From: Camelus ferus
Taxonomy: Eukaryota
Direction: 5' to 3'
Length of the DNA stretch: 64,000 nucleotides
Assembly (NCBI RefSeq): GCF_009834535.1
Contig: NC_045696.1
Coordinates: forward strand, 107,014,001 to 107,078,000
The translations under genes and the position numbers were made by a program. Shown here piece by piece: positions 51,359-62,899 of this stretch. Under the pieces are notes generated by a model. That model worked only from the letters and a program-made list of their open reading frames with translations. It searched no databases and was not told where the DNA came from. The stretch's first letter is position 1; every line of letters begins with the position of its first letter.

Positions 51359-52013
51359 TAGACTTACCATATGACCCAGGAATCCCACTCCTGGGCTTGT
51401 ATCCAGAAGGAAATCTACTTCAGGATGACACCTGCACCCCAATGTTCATAGCAGCACTATTTACAATAGCCAAAACATGGAAACAGCCTAAATGTCCATC
51501 AACAGGTGACTGGATAAAGAAGAGGTGGTATATTTATACAATGGAATACTACTCAGCCATAAAAACCGACAACATAATGCCATTTGCAGCAACATGGATG
51601 CTCCTGGAGAATGTCATTCTAAGTGAAGTAAGCCAGAAAGAGAAAGAAAAATACCATATGAGATCGCTCATATGTGGAATCTAAAAAACAAAAACAAAAA
51701 CAAACAAACAAACAAAAACAAAGCGTAAATAAAGGACAGAAATAGACTCACAGACAGAGAATACAGACTTGTGGTTACCAGGGGGGTGGAGGGTGGGAAG
51801 GGATAGACTGGGATTTCAGAATTGTAGAATAGACTACACTGTATAGCACAGGGAAATATACACAAAATGTTATGATAACTCACAGAGAAAAAAATGTGAC
51901 AATGAATGTGTATATGTCCATGAATAACTGAAAAATTGTGCTGAACACTGGAATTTGACACAACATTGTAAAATGATTATAAATCAATAAAAAATGTTAA
52001 AAAAAAAAAAAAA
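51359..52013 (+). mobile_element. Young 5'-truncated L1 with open ORF2 C-terminus, 3' UTR and polyA
   Basis: Open frame DLPYDPGIPLLGLYP...TCTPMFIAALFTIAKTWKQPKCPS...WYIYTMEYYSAIK...YHMRSLICGI* ending at 51684; perfect 15-bp TSD agaaaatagattcct (51344-51358 / 52014-52028). Confidence 0.95.
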
Positions 52014-52204
52014 AGAAAATAGATTCCTCTATGTGACCAATTCAGAGGATCTGAAGCCTAGAGGGTGGATATAGGATGGTTTTCAATGTTCCTCATCCAA
52101 GAAGATGGAAATTCTGACCCAGGCTAACAAAGCTGTGGCCACCTATGTGTTGCACAATCAGAGATAATACTTAACACACAATCCCAGAGGAGAAGACATC
52201 TCAA

Positions 52205-52745
52205 GTGGTTCTACTGAGCTTCACCTCCTAAAATACATGTCCTCGCCTAATGCCTTCCTCTTGAGTGTATGCTAACCTATGGACTCATGTCTTATGAATA
52301 AAATATGACAAACGTGATGGGATGTCTCTCCCAAGATTGGGTTACCAAAAGATTTTGGCGTCCTGTTAAGTGTGTCCTCTTCCTTGCTCTGATGAAGCCA
52401 GGTGCCCTATGGTGAGCTGCCATCTGGGGAGGCCCACGTGGCAAGAAACTAAGGAAAGATTCCAGCCAACAGCAAGCAAGGAACTGAGGTCCCCCAGTCC
52501 AACAACCCATGAGGAATTTAATTCTCCCCAAAGCATTGTATGTGAGTTTAGAAAGTGAATCCTTCCCCAGTGGAGCCTTGAGATGACTGCAGTCCTAGTC
52601 GATGCTGTAATTGCAACCTTGTAAGAGACTCTGAACTCAGGAAAACCACACCTCGATGACTCACATAAACTGGGAGAAAATAAATATTTGTTTCAAATTG
52701 CTAGGTTTGGCGGTAATTTGTAACATAGCCATAGACAACAAAGAC
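52205..52745 (+). mobile_element. MaLR solo LTR (MLT1E/F-like)
   Basis: 'gaggcccacgtggcaagaaactaagg...ccagccaacagcaagcaaggaactgagg...cagtccaacaaccc...gagccttgagatgactgcag'. Confidence 0.8.
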
Positions 52746-53099
52746 ACTTGGAGTTACAGTTCTGATAGGATCTACCAAATCATCTCAACAAAGCTTCCAC
52801 TGTACTTCTGATGACAACCTCTACTAGTAGAGATAATCTCCAAAATACCATTTATTTCCTCTTAAGAGCACACAACTGAGATGCTTTCCAAGAACAGACA
52901 TATATTTTGTTTAGGCTCTGTCATTCTCTATGTTTCTGAAATCTCGGAACCATCTTTACATATCATCCAAAGATGAGCTCCTTCCACAGGGAAACTGCCC
53001 CTCATATAAGGTCTCCTCCCCTTTCCCATCTCCATGGTCCTGCCCCTGTATACTGATCACCTAGTCCCCAAAGCCCCCTTTTATCTTTAGTACTCTCCA

Positions 53100-53530
53100 G
53101 TATTAGTCATCTATTGCCATGTAACAAACCACCCCAGAGCTTAATGGCTAAAAACACCATGAATATTCTTTTTCACAATTTTGGGGGTTGACTGAGCAGT
53201 TCTTTGCTGATCTCACATGGATTAATTCAGGGGTCTGTGTGAAGTTTAATGCAGCTGGGGTGGTGAGGACAGCCAGGATTTCTGGACCCTCTCTTTGTGT
53301 ACTCTTTCATCCTCAAGGAGACCCTACCAAGCTGGGCTTGAACACATAGTAGAAGCTGAATTCTAAGAGGCTAAACCCTAATGCACAAGCACTTAACAAA
53401 CTTCTGCTTGCTTTGTGCTTGTTGATGCCCCATTGGCCAAAGCAAGTCACATGACCAAGCCCACAGCATGAATGTGAGCAGGAACTACACAAGAGGTTGG
53501 GTAGCGGGAGGCTGATTCACTAGGAGTGAG
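53100..53530 (-). mobile_element. MaLR solo LTR (MLT1-family)
   Basis: 'tattagtcatctattgccatgtaacaaaccaccccagagcttaatggctaaaaac...cccattggccaaagcaagtcacatgaccaagccc...caatctaccaca'. Confidence 0.75.
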
Positions 53531-53985
53531 TTAGGAGGAGCAATCTACCACACCGCCTAATAGTCCTAACCACTATACCTAGATTAATCTTCCCCAGACT
53601 TCTGTTCCGTTATCCCAGATCCTTGCTCAAACATCTCTCAGATTCAGTGAGGCATTGGACAATTTCTCTCATATCCACATTGTGGATAAAATGTGTAATA
53701 AATGTTACCTTTAGGAAGGAAGCAGTCCTGCTGTGCTACATGCTACTGATTGATCACATCTGAGAATTACAACCAATCAGGCAACAGAGGACAGTCAGAA
53801 TGGGGAGGGAATCTTGAAACCCCTCTTGTCTGAGAGCACAAACTGTGACTTTCCTGTCTTTATCCTTTGTCCCAGTCTACAATGTGTTAGGCTGACAAAT
53901 ATTTGATGTATAAATGAATGGATGGATGAATGAATGGGTAAATTAGAACATGAGAGTTGATTGAACAAAGGATTCTTAGCCTCAG

Positions 53986-54160
53986 GCAGTGGTTCTCGAA
54001 TTTGAGCCTTCATCAGAATCACCTGGAGGACTGTCGAAGCCCAGATCACTAGGACCCATGCCCTAGGTCGGGCGGAAGGGATCTGAGGATTTGCATTTCC
54101 TACAAGCTCCCAGGAGATGCTGATGTCACTGTTTGGGGACCACACTTTAAGAACCCTTGG
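53986..54160. mobile_element. MER5A-like hAT-Charlie MITE
   Basis: 'cagtggttctcgaattt...catcagaatcacctggagg...tttgcatttcctacaagctcccagg...gggaccacactttaagaacc'. Confidence 0.8.
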
Positions 54161-54169
54161 CCCAGAGAC

Positions 54170-54355
54170 AGGAAGATCACGGAAAGAAATGCTGTCGTTC
54201 AAATATCTAAAGAACTGATCAAGCCAGAGAAAGCTGATTTGTTCTGCGTGATTCCAGAGTGTAGGATCTAGAAAGTTACCGGGTGACAGATTTTGATTCA
54301 ACATTAAAAGACGTTTTCTAATAACTGGAGGCGTGTAATAATGGAATCGGCTGGT
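54170..54355 (+). mobile_element. CR1/L3 LINE ORF2 3' fragment
   Basis: Decayed FKYLK...DLFCV...RF*FNIKRRFL...WNRL pattern ('ttcaaatatctaaag', 'gacagattttgattcaacattaaaagacgttttctaa', 'tggaatcggctg'). Confidence 0.65.
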
Positions 54356-57300
54356 CCTCTTCACCTTCTCCTGCCTCTTTTCCTGCCTTCCTTTAACTTC
54401 CCTCCTACCCCCAGGCTCTTGTTCCAAAACCAAGTTTACATGGTTGAGAGTATAGATGTCAAATTTCCACAATCAGAAATGTCCCTCTCCTAGGAACCAA
54501 ATGTCAGCAATTTTCTGAATATAATCTTAGCAGAGAAAGAATCAGGCTTTAAAATGTCCATCTGTCTCATTTTGTGCTGTAATATTATGATGAGTTTTGG
54601 CTCAGGTAGGCAAAGCAATCTACATTGGGCCATTTCTGTATGTTTATCCCAGACCACTAATTTCTAATAAAAAATCAAATCCCATTTTAACATGACACCA
54701 CTTTTGTTTCCCTGTGGAATTATACGAACATTCATAACAATTTCGCTTTTGAACACGGTGCCACACAGGAAATGCTGATAACACAATTTCTTCACACACA
54801 CCCAGGACACAGGTTACACAAAAGCGGATTCTATTTTAGCTTTTTTGAGAGGCTATTTAAAAGTTAAGTTCCCCTAATGAAACAGCAAGAAAAGGGGCTT
54901 TGCTTTTCTTCTCTCAGCATCCCGGCTTTCCCCTCTTTGTGGGCTTATGATGTTTTCCTTCTTCCATGTGTTATCTGTGTTTCCTGCTCATCTCAACTTG
55001 ATGGCATGTTGCTGAGACAACTAAGTCGCTAACCTTCTTAACTGGGCTTTTGTTGTGTGCTCGCGTGTGTTTAGGCGGGTTATTTTCATTTCTCTTAGAA
55101 CACTTCGTGTCTGCTCTGGGGAGGGCTATTAGACCTGAAGGTGGAGAACAAGGGAGTCTTTTTAAGTGCTTGGTATTCAAATCGCCTTTTTACCTCCTTT
55201 AAGCCCAGCGTTTGTATGTGGGAGGGCGCTGGAGGAAGCTTCCCTTGCCGCCTATGGGCAGGATTAATTTACTCAGGATGTCACGCGCTTTGCAGCCCCA
55301 GCTCCTCTAGGGGAAGGGACTGTCCCAGTACAAGTAGCACACAAAGTGTCCATCGCCCCCATTCCTTTATTTTCTCTCTCGTCCCCTTGCCAAGAGAAGG
55401 GAGCCAGCTTGACTGCAGAATAATTACTCTGTGCTGTCCCTTCATCTACTTGGTTATCCAATAAAATAAAGTAAGGTTCAGACATAAACAAAACCCCTGT
55501 TGACGTAGCTCCACACTGAGCTGTGTGTGTACGAAAACCACCCTTTGTTTATCTGCCTGTGCACCTCCCTCCTCGCTGCCACCCTGCGCTGCCCTCCCCT
55601 GGGGCTCTGCCCTCTGTCTCTTCTGTCTTTGCCTGTCTCACAGAGCCGCTCAGCAACAGCCTTCCTCCTGCTGCAGAAGTAAACGCAGACGAACAGCAGA
55701 TCCTAGAAAGTCGTTTCTTAAGACACAGTTAATTAAATACGGCTTCCAAAGCTAACGTTTAACTCTGTCGGTAGATACAAACTCACCTAACTAAATCTGA
55801 ATTGAGATAGAGAAATACTGAATTTAGAAACAATTTTGTAACCCATCTTTGAAATATGTGTCTGAGTTTCCCACTTTTCAAGCAGATTGTGACTTTGGTT
55901 ATTTGTTTATTTTACAAGTGGAATTCAGGTGTCATCTCCATCAGTGTCTCCAAATATCCAGACTTCAGGGGTTTTCTTTCCCACATGGGGAGGATGTCCA
56001 GCGGGGTCACCTGGATTCCTGCTAATACCTAAAGACCTTGTTCTCATGGCCACCTCTGACTCCAGTTTCCTCCCCCGGCCAACGCTCATGTGTCTCATCT
56101 CCTGTGCTGAATCTCTTATCTAAGCTTTCAGTTCATTTAAAAGTGGGACACAGACCCTGTATCTCTACTCCTCCAAGTCAACACTAACCAAGATGCGTAT
56201 ACTGGAGACTTAGGGAAGTCTGGGCTTGGGGTCTGTTAGGTCACAACATGTACAACAAACACTTCTCACTCCTTTGCTTTCCAGGACCAGATATCTCCTC
56301 CAGCACTGAGCACTGAGGCAGCTCCAGCTCTCTGTGGACACCCCAGGGAGGGCTGAAGAGACAGAGATTGACTTCTGGGCAACTGAAGAAGATCTTGAAG
56401 TTCCTAGAAAAAGCTGAGCTTTGGGGGAAGGAAAAAGAATTGTGATTTCCAAGATTCAGAGCCTTAAACATTATTTGTGAAATAAACTCGTGCAGGGTAG
56501 AATGCAGTAATGCAGTAATGACACAGCCATTTTCCTGCCTGACAATGAGTTGTTGGGGTTTTTTTTAAATAAAAATAAAAAACCTTCCTGGTCCTGGGGG
56601 AAAGAGCTTAGTGAAAGAAAGAACCCAAAAAGGAAAAAGAACCAGTGTGCCACTTTCCAGGGCAGAGCCTGCGAGATAACGCCAGACTCAGACAGAGGTC
56701 GTGCATCTTAAAGGCCTTCAGACGACCAGGGGAACCAAGGTAGGAGGTGGGAACATGGCCACAGGGACCCCCTTAGAAGGAGGAGTTCAGTTCTCAGTGA
56801 AACGACAGCATGAGCTATACAGGCACTCCAGAATGTAACCACTTCAGTTACAAATACATATATATATAAAATTTCTTTTTGACTGAGACAAAATTTGCCA
56901 TTTTAACCATTACTATCAGATATTGGTGGCATCCAGATCCTTCTATGGTCCCAGAGAAATTGAGATTCTTGGAGACTGGGCATGAAAACACTGAGAGTCA
57001 TTTTGACTTATCAAGGCCCACTTGCCCTACTGAAAGCTAATGTACTTTTCAAGCACTGGTCTCCAAATTCCCAGGATGATAAAACTTTAGCATCTCCTAT
57101 GACAACATCACACCAGAACACACGTCTCTGGCCTGACTCAGTCAACCACTCTTCTATTCTCTGTATTAGTCAGCTTTGCTACATCATGCTGTAGTGACAA
57201 ACAGCCCCTAAACTCTGCAGCTCCCAACAAAAAAGTTTTCTTTCAACATGTGAGAAATTTCAGTTGATGGTGGTGATAACTGGAACTTAATCAGAAAATA

Positions 57301-58634
57301 TGTGAAAAAGGTCCTACTATCTACCTTGTCCCTTTATTCTTCCTTATAGGTGAGTGTTATTTCAATACTGGATTTTAAGTCCTTTGAAGGCAGGGAATCA
57401 AATGTACCTAATACTCACGTTTCTCTCACTTCACCTGGTGGATGCTTAATTAAATATTTGTTGAATGAACCAATGAATAAATGACCCTACTGAGGAACAG
57501 TGAACAGGTATGTGAGTTAATAGGCATGAGACTTTATATTAAGCTTTCTTGTTAAATGGCAATTAAATGCATTGACATTCATTATAGCCTGACTATATTG
57601 AGAATCTAATTGCTCACATGTTGCTCCTGCAATCTCCAGTTATTTCAACAACTTGATGTCTTTCTGACATACTTATTGTACCTGGATCGATGGCTATTTA
57701 CCTGCTAATTGATCTTTTATTAACATATAATAACTCATTAAATCTAAATTATAGTCTCAATTGAGACACTTTATCTGCAGTGTTTCAACATACAATCCTC
57801 ATAACATAATGGATAATCGACAGAAAAGCTAGTAACATATTATCTGTCACCTTTACCATTGACCTGAGAACAAATTTTCAGCTGGAAGATTTTTTTTTTT
57901 TTTTTTTACTTCATTAAGAACCCTGAGTGGCAGCTACACCCAGGAATGCATCAACATCATCCAGTTTCTTTGTTTTGACACAGAGAACTAGTTCCCCAGC
58001 CTCTGCTTTCTTCCTCACCCCTCAACTGAGGCCGCTTGGCCCCCAGCAGCAATCAATGAGCACTATCACTTTAAACACAAATATGGCTAGTGCAGCTACC
58101 AAAGAGGCTGCGGTCGGTAGTAACTACACCCTCCGCTGCACCCCAGCAGCTCCTTCTTGGCTTCCTGCCTTCTAGCACCGAACTATCCTTTCCTTCATCC
58201 CAACCCACCTCTCCCGACCTGGCCTGCTCTTCTTACTGTGTGACTCCCCCCACCCAGTCAATGGGATGGTCCTGCCCTCTTGGTCTGCCTTTTGGGCAGT
58301 AGCTCCCCTTGTTAGATCAGCCCTATTTCCGCTTATCTAATGCATTCACTGACGTTCCCAAACTCCACTGGCCCACTCATGCCAATCCTGACCTAGGCAT
58401 CAGGTCACACTTGTGCTGATCTGGACCCAACCCTGAGTCCCAGTTCTTCTGTCTGGATTTCTGGCTGATCACCCTGTTCATGGACCATGGTTTTCCTATC
58501 TTACCTAGTTCCTGCTCCTTCAATAATGCCAGCCCTCACCTGGTGCCTAGGACTTTATGAGCTGCTCTCAAACTTCCCTGGTTCTCATCACAGATCTAAA
58601 TTTCTGAGGGTCCCTTCTTTCCAGATTCCCCATT

Positions 58635-59120
58635 GTTGTGGATACCAGATAGCTTACCCTGCATCCATTCCCCACCTCATCCCCAACAAAACACCCTCTC
58701 CTGTGGGAAGCAGATGGCCACCCCCGCTCCAGTAAGAGGCCTGATGAATCCAAAGGAAATCCCAGCCTCCTTGCTAGTGATTGGTTTGAGAATGAGCCAA
58801 TGAGGATTATAAGGGCTTCTGGGAAAGTGCTTCCTTGCTTTTCTGGAAGACCAACCCCAAAGGGATGCTCTCCCTCTTCCACTGGACATTATCATATTCA
58901 TACACAGTGCCTGGGAGTGATTCATCTCCTTATCATCCATCTCAGGATGAAGCAGAATGAAGAAAAATACAGAAATGTAGTCAAAGCCTTTGGATAAAAT
59001 CAACCCTAAAGCTAGCCCTGCCTCTGGAGTTCCAGTTATATGACCAAATGAATTTCCCTTTTGTTTACATCTATTGTGTTGATGTTTTCTACTGTTACAG
59101 CTGAAAGCATCCTGACTGAT
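58635..59120 (+). mobile_element. Old MaLR solo LTR (MLT1J/K-like)
   Basis: 'ttgctagtgattggtttgagaatgagcc...gcttctgggaaag...ccagttatatgaccaaatgaatttcc...ctgttacagctgaaagcatcctgactgat'. Confidence 0.65.
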
Positions 59121-59371
59121 GCACATGCCTCTCAGAACTCTGAATCCTTTAGGCAGACACATCACTCACCCCTCCACTGCCTGATACTGGCCATATTCTA
59201 ATCAAGTCAGCATCCCACTTATCCCACTGTATCCAATGTTCTCTGCAGGACTGAACTGTCTTAGCCAGTGTAGATGGGCACTCAGCATGTGCTCTCCCTC
59301 AGGAAGCAGGTCTCACTCTAAGCTCCAGCCCTTCCCAGTTGTCTGAGCCTTGGTATAGGACATTCATATTT

Positions 59372-59852
59372 CATACAATGGAATACTATTCAGCCATAAA
59401 AAATAAAAGAATGCCATTTGCAGCAACATGGATGGCCCTGGAGAATGTCATTCTAAGTGAATTAAGCCAGAAAGAGAAAGAAAAATACCATATGATATCA
59501 CTCATATGTGGAATCTAAAATAAATAAATAAATAAAAGACAAATGAACTTATTTACAAAACAGAAACAGACTCACAGACATAAGAAAACAAACTTATGGT
59601 TACCAGGGGGGAAGGGGATGGGAAGGGATAAATTGGGAGTTCAAGATTTGCAGATACTGACTGGTATATATAAAACAGATAAATAAGTTTATACTGTATA
59701 GCACAAGGAACTATATTTGATATCTTATAGTAGCTTATGGTGAAAAGAATATGAAAATGAATATATTTATATTCATGTATGACTGAAGCACTGTGCTATA
59801 CACCAGAAATTGACACAACACTGTAAACTGACTATACTTCAATTAAAAAAAA
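59372..59852 (+). mobile_element. 5'-truncated L1 (ORF2 end + 3' UTR)
   Basis: 'tacaatggaatactattcagccataaaa...atgccatttgcagcaacatggatgg...cactcatatgtggaatctaa' with the same 3' UTR as the other copies; no clear TSD found. Confidence 0.9.
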
Positions 59853-60851
59853 GATTTAAAAAATTTTTTTAAAGATAAAACACACACCCCCAAAAAAGAA
59901 GAAAATCAAGAGAACTCATGTAAAAGTACATATTCCAATTGCCAGGAATTCCAAAGCAGTATGAGGAATTAGGCAAATACTTTTAGAACACATGGCATTA
60001 TAAAAGGTGGTAATTTCTTAAAAATCAAAGTCTTCCAAATATAATACTTAAAATGAGAATAGTAAGCCTTAGATCAAAAGACAAATGAGAAAATCTCTCT
60101 AGCAAGAATTTGGCGAAATGGCCTCATATATTACAAAAGTCTTGCTTGAAAGCATCTATTAGAATGTAATATCACTGAGATTATCTATATTTGCTTGGTC
60201 CTTTATAAATATTTTATCAACAATATTTGTTGACCATTTTTCTCAAAATGTACCTGGCGTTTTGAAACACTATCTATGTTGAAAATTCTATTTTTATTGA
60301 CATTTCCCAGTTTTCATAAATGAGGTTAAGGGTCTCAAAGAATACTTAACCTGTGAGAGAAGGTTTGTGACATTGGCTGGGGCTCTGGCATAAGTCCTTC
60401 CCACTCCCCCTGCCTTTCTGCCTACAGAGGTGTCCTGCTCTGACCAGCACTCATGAAACAGTGTCTGTGTGGATCTTTCCTGCCTTGAACTACTTCCAGA
60501 AGTGGGATGGTAAAATGAGGTCTCTTTTCCAAATTAAAAATAAGCAGCACAATTTTCTGAGGGAAAATTTTTTTAATGTATCCAAAATTCAGGTAAGTAA
60601 TTACAGAGATAAGCGCTATACTTATCTTACTTTGAACACAACTGGCTCCCAAGCTCTTTGATGTGAAATAGTGCTAAAGACCCAGTCTTTGGAATGGCTT
60701 GGTTTCGAATCCTGACTCCACATTTATCATCTGAGTGAACTCAAATCAGTGACTTAAGCTCCTGATCTTAGCATCACTATAACCACAGGTGGTCCTTCCT
60801 CTGTGCCAAGCCAGTTCCCCATTACTGGGAACACAACCCATTCACATGCTC

Positions 60852-61066
60852 TTTGACCTGCTCGGTTTCCCACCTGGGTCGGTTTACCCCTCCTTAGGCA
60901 ACCTGATCGTCCTCCGCTCCCGGGAGGTCACCATATTGATGTCGAACTTAGCGCGGACACCCGATCAGCATAGCACACTACAGCCCAGAACTCCTGGGCT
61001 TGAGCCATCCTCCTGCTTCAGCCTCCCGTATGGCTGGGACTGCAGGCATGTGCCACCACGCCCGGC
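60852..61066 (-). pseudogene. RN7SL: 3'-truncated (tailless) 7SL/SRP RNA retropseudogene
   Basis: Reverse complement GCCGGGCGTGGTGGCACATGCCTGCAGTCCCAGC...GGAGTTCTGGGCTGTAGTGTGCTATGCTGATCGGGTGTCCGC...CATCAATATGGTGACCTCCCGGGAGCGG...CAGGTTGCCTAAGGAGGGG...GAGCAGGTCAAA, i.e. about nt 1-215 of 7SL including the S domain; no polyA. Confidence 0.93.
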
Positions 61067-61519
61067 AGTTCACCAGCTCTTTGACAAGTCTTTCCCTGAT
61101 CCCTGGGTTGGATGGCTCTCTCTGGCTCCCACAGTGCCCTGTTTACCTGCCTTACAAGCCTTACCACACTGGGTTGTCACTTTCATTTTCATGTCCATTT
61201 CTTCTCACTCAGCTATTAGGTCATCAAGAACAGGGACCATGGGTTGCTCAGAACGAGCACCACAGTGTCTAGAAGGTAAAAGCTCTTAATAAATCTATAC
61301 TGATTGAATGTATGGGTAAAAGGACTTCTGTGTAAAAGTAGATTCGTTAGAGTGAAAGCATATGTTTCCTAACTCACTAATTACTATCCCTTTTTGGCAA
61401 ACATTGACCCAGACATAGAATAAGATTTTTTTATCATTACATCTTTTGTTATTGAAGTATAATTTACATACCAAAAAAGCACAGATTTTAAGTTTATAAT
61501 CCAATGAATATCAACAAAT

Positions 61520-61566
61520 AAATCAATAGAACAAAATATAACATCCAGAAATAGGTATATATATGT

Positions 61567-61616
<50 letters not shown>

Positions 61617-61935
61617 GGTTAATCAATCTTTGACAAAGATGCCAAAGTAATTCAAAAGGAAAAGAAAATCTTTTCAACAAATGATGTTGGAACAAATGAA
61701 TACATAGGGGGAAAAACCAACTCCTACCTCATAACTAAAATTATAGATGGATAACTGCTCTGAAAGTAAAAGTTTAAACTATACAAATTTTAAAAGGAAA
61801 CTAGGGGGAAAATACCTTCACAATTTTGAACAAGATACAAAAACCATTCATTGCAAAAGAAAAAAATTGATAAATTGTACCCCACCAAAAGTTTTTTAAT
61901 TTACTCATTAAAGACACTAATAAGAAAATCAAAAA
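61520..61935 (+). mobile_element. Old L1M ORF2 fragment
   Basis: 'atatggttaatcaatctttgacaaagatgccaaag...aatcttttcaacaaatgatgttggaacaaatg' (IFDK...LFNK.CW). Confidence 0.75.
61569..61610. repeat. (AC)21 microsatellite
   Basis: Read directly. Confidence 0.95.
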
Positions 61936-62899
61936 GGAGAGATGATTTTTAAAATTTGAAGAATGAAGTTTATTTCTACAGGTACTTTTTCTCAGTGAAT
62001 TTCAACTGTCACTCTCAGGCCCAGTAACCCTTCATTCTAACTCCTTCTGCAAGTCAGAAATCCAAGCCCCATGTCTTCCAAGCTCACTCAAGACCTTTTT
62101 GGCTAAGGGCAACCATTTCTTTCCTTCCTTTAACTTTGGAGATTAGAAGATGAAAGCAGAGCAGAAAGATAATCTCTGCCATTCTCCCTGACTTCTTAAA
62201 ACCCCTGTTTGTCTCTCTTCCAATCAAGTAGAAGGTAACACTTGGCAACTGTATTTTTACACCCCTACCTCCTCTAACTTATATGACTTATAACTTATAT
62301 GACTGTTTCACCTCCTTTGAAGATTCCTGTAAGAAAACAAAATGACCCACACAGACAGCTCAGAATCATTTTTAGCTAACTGTGCTCCATAAAATCTTTA
62401 CACCTTAAGGAATGTGTATACTTCCTTTTGGATATATAGGTTAAAAAATGTTTACAGTCAGGACTTTCCCATACATATTTTGAATATGGATGAAATTGAG
62501 TATTTGTGTTTTATAAGTTGTGAGGATCAATATAGATATTGTGTGAAAATGTAATACAAGAGAGACCTATAAGGTGTTTCAGCCTTCAGCTTCCAGAAGC
62601 ATGGCAGTTGAGATATTCTGAAGGGTTCTCAGTTCTAAAATATAATTCTAACCTAGATAAACTATAGCAGATACAATTTTAGTTAGTTACTAGACTATGC
62701 AGAAATTTAGGAAAATCTCAAAAGAAGGAAAAAAGACAGCAAGTTGAACCTGATGTTGGGAGTTTGGGCAGTAAGTTAAGCAAAAAGGGTTTCCCTGATT
62801 GAAAATGTTGACATTATTAACATCAAATCTGCTACTGGAAAACTGAGCCTTGGTCCTCATTAAAGTGTTGAACTTGAGATTTCAGAATTATTCCAGAAT

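Noticed and set aside
53795..54472. Longest ORF (225 aa, minus strand)
   Set aside because: Runs across CR1/L3 and MER5A-like repeats from a non-ATG start; no recognisable protein.
60990..61066. Alu element or primate contamination
   Set aside because: The Alu-like 5' end continues into the 7SL S domain, which Alu lacks.
60852..61066. Functional 7SL gene
   Set aside because: The 3' part and Pol III terminator are missing, there are many substitutions, and it is flanked by a TSD.
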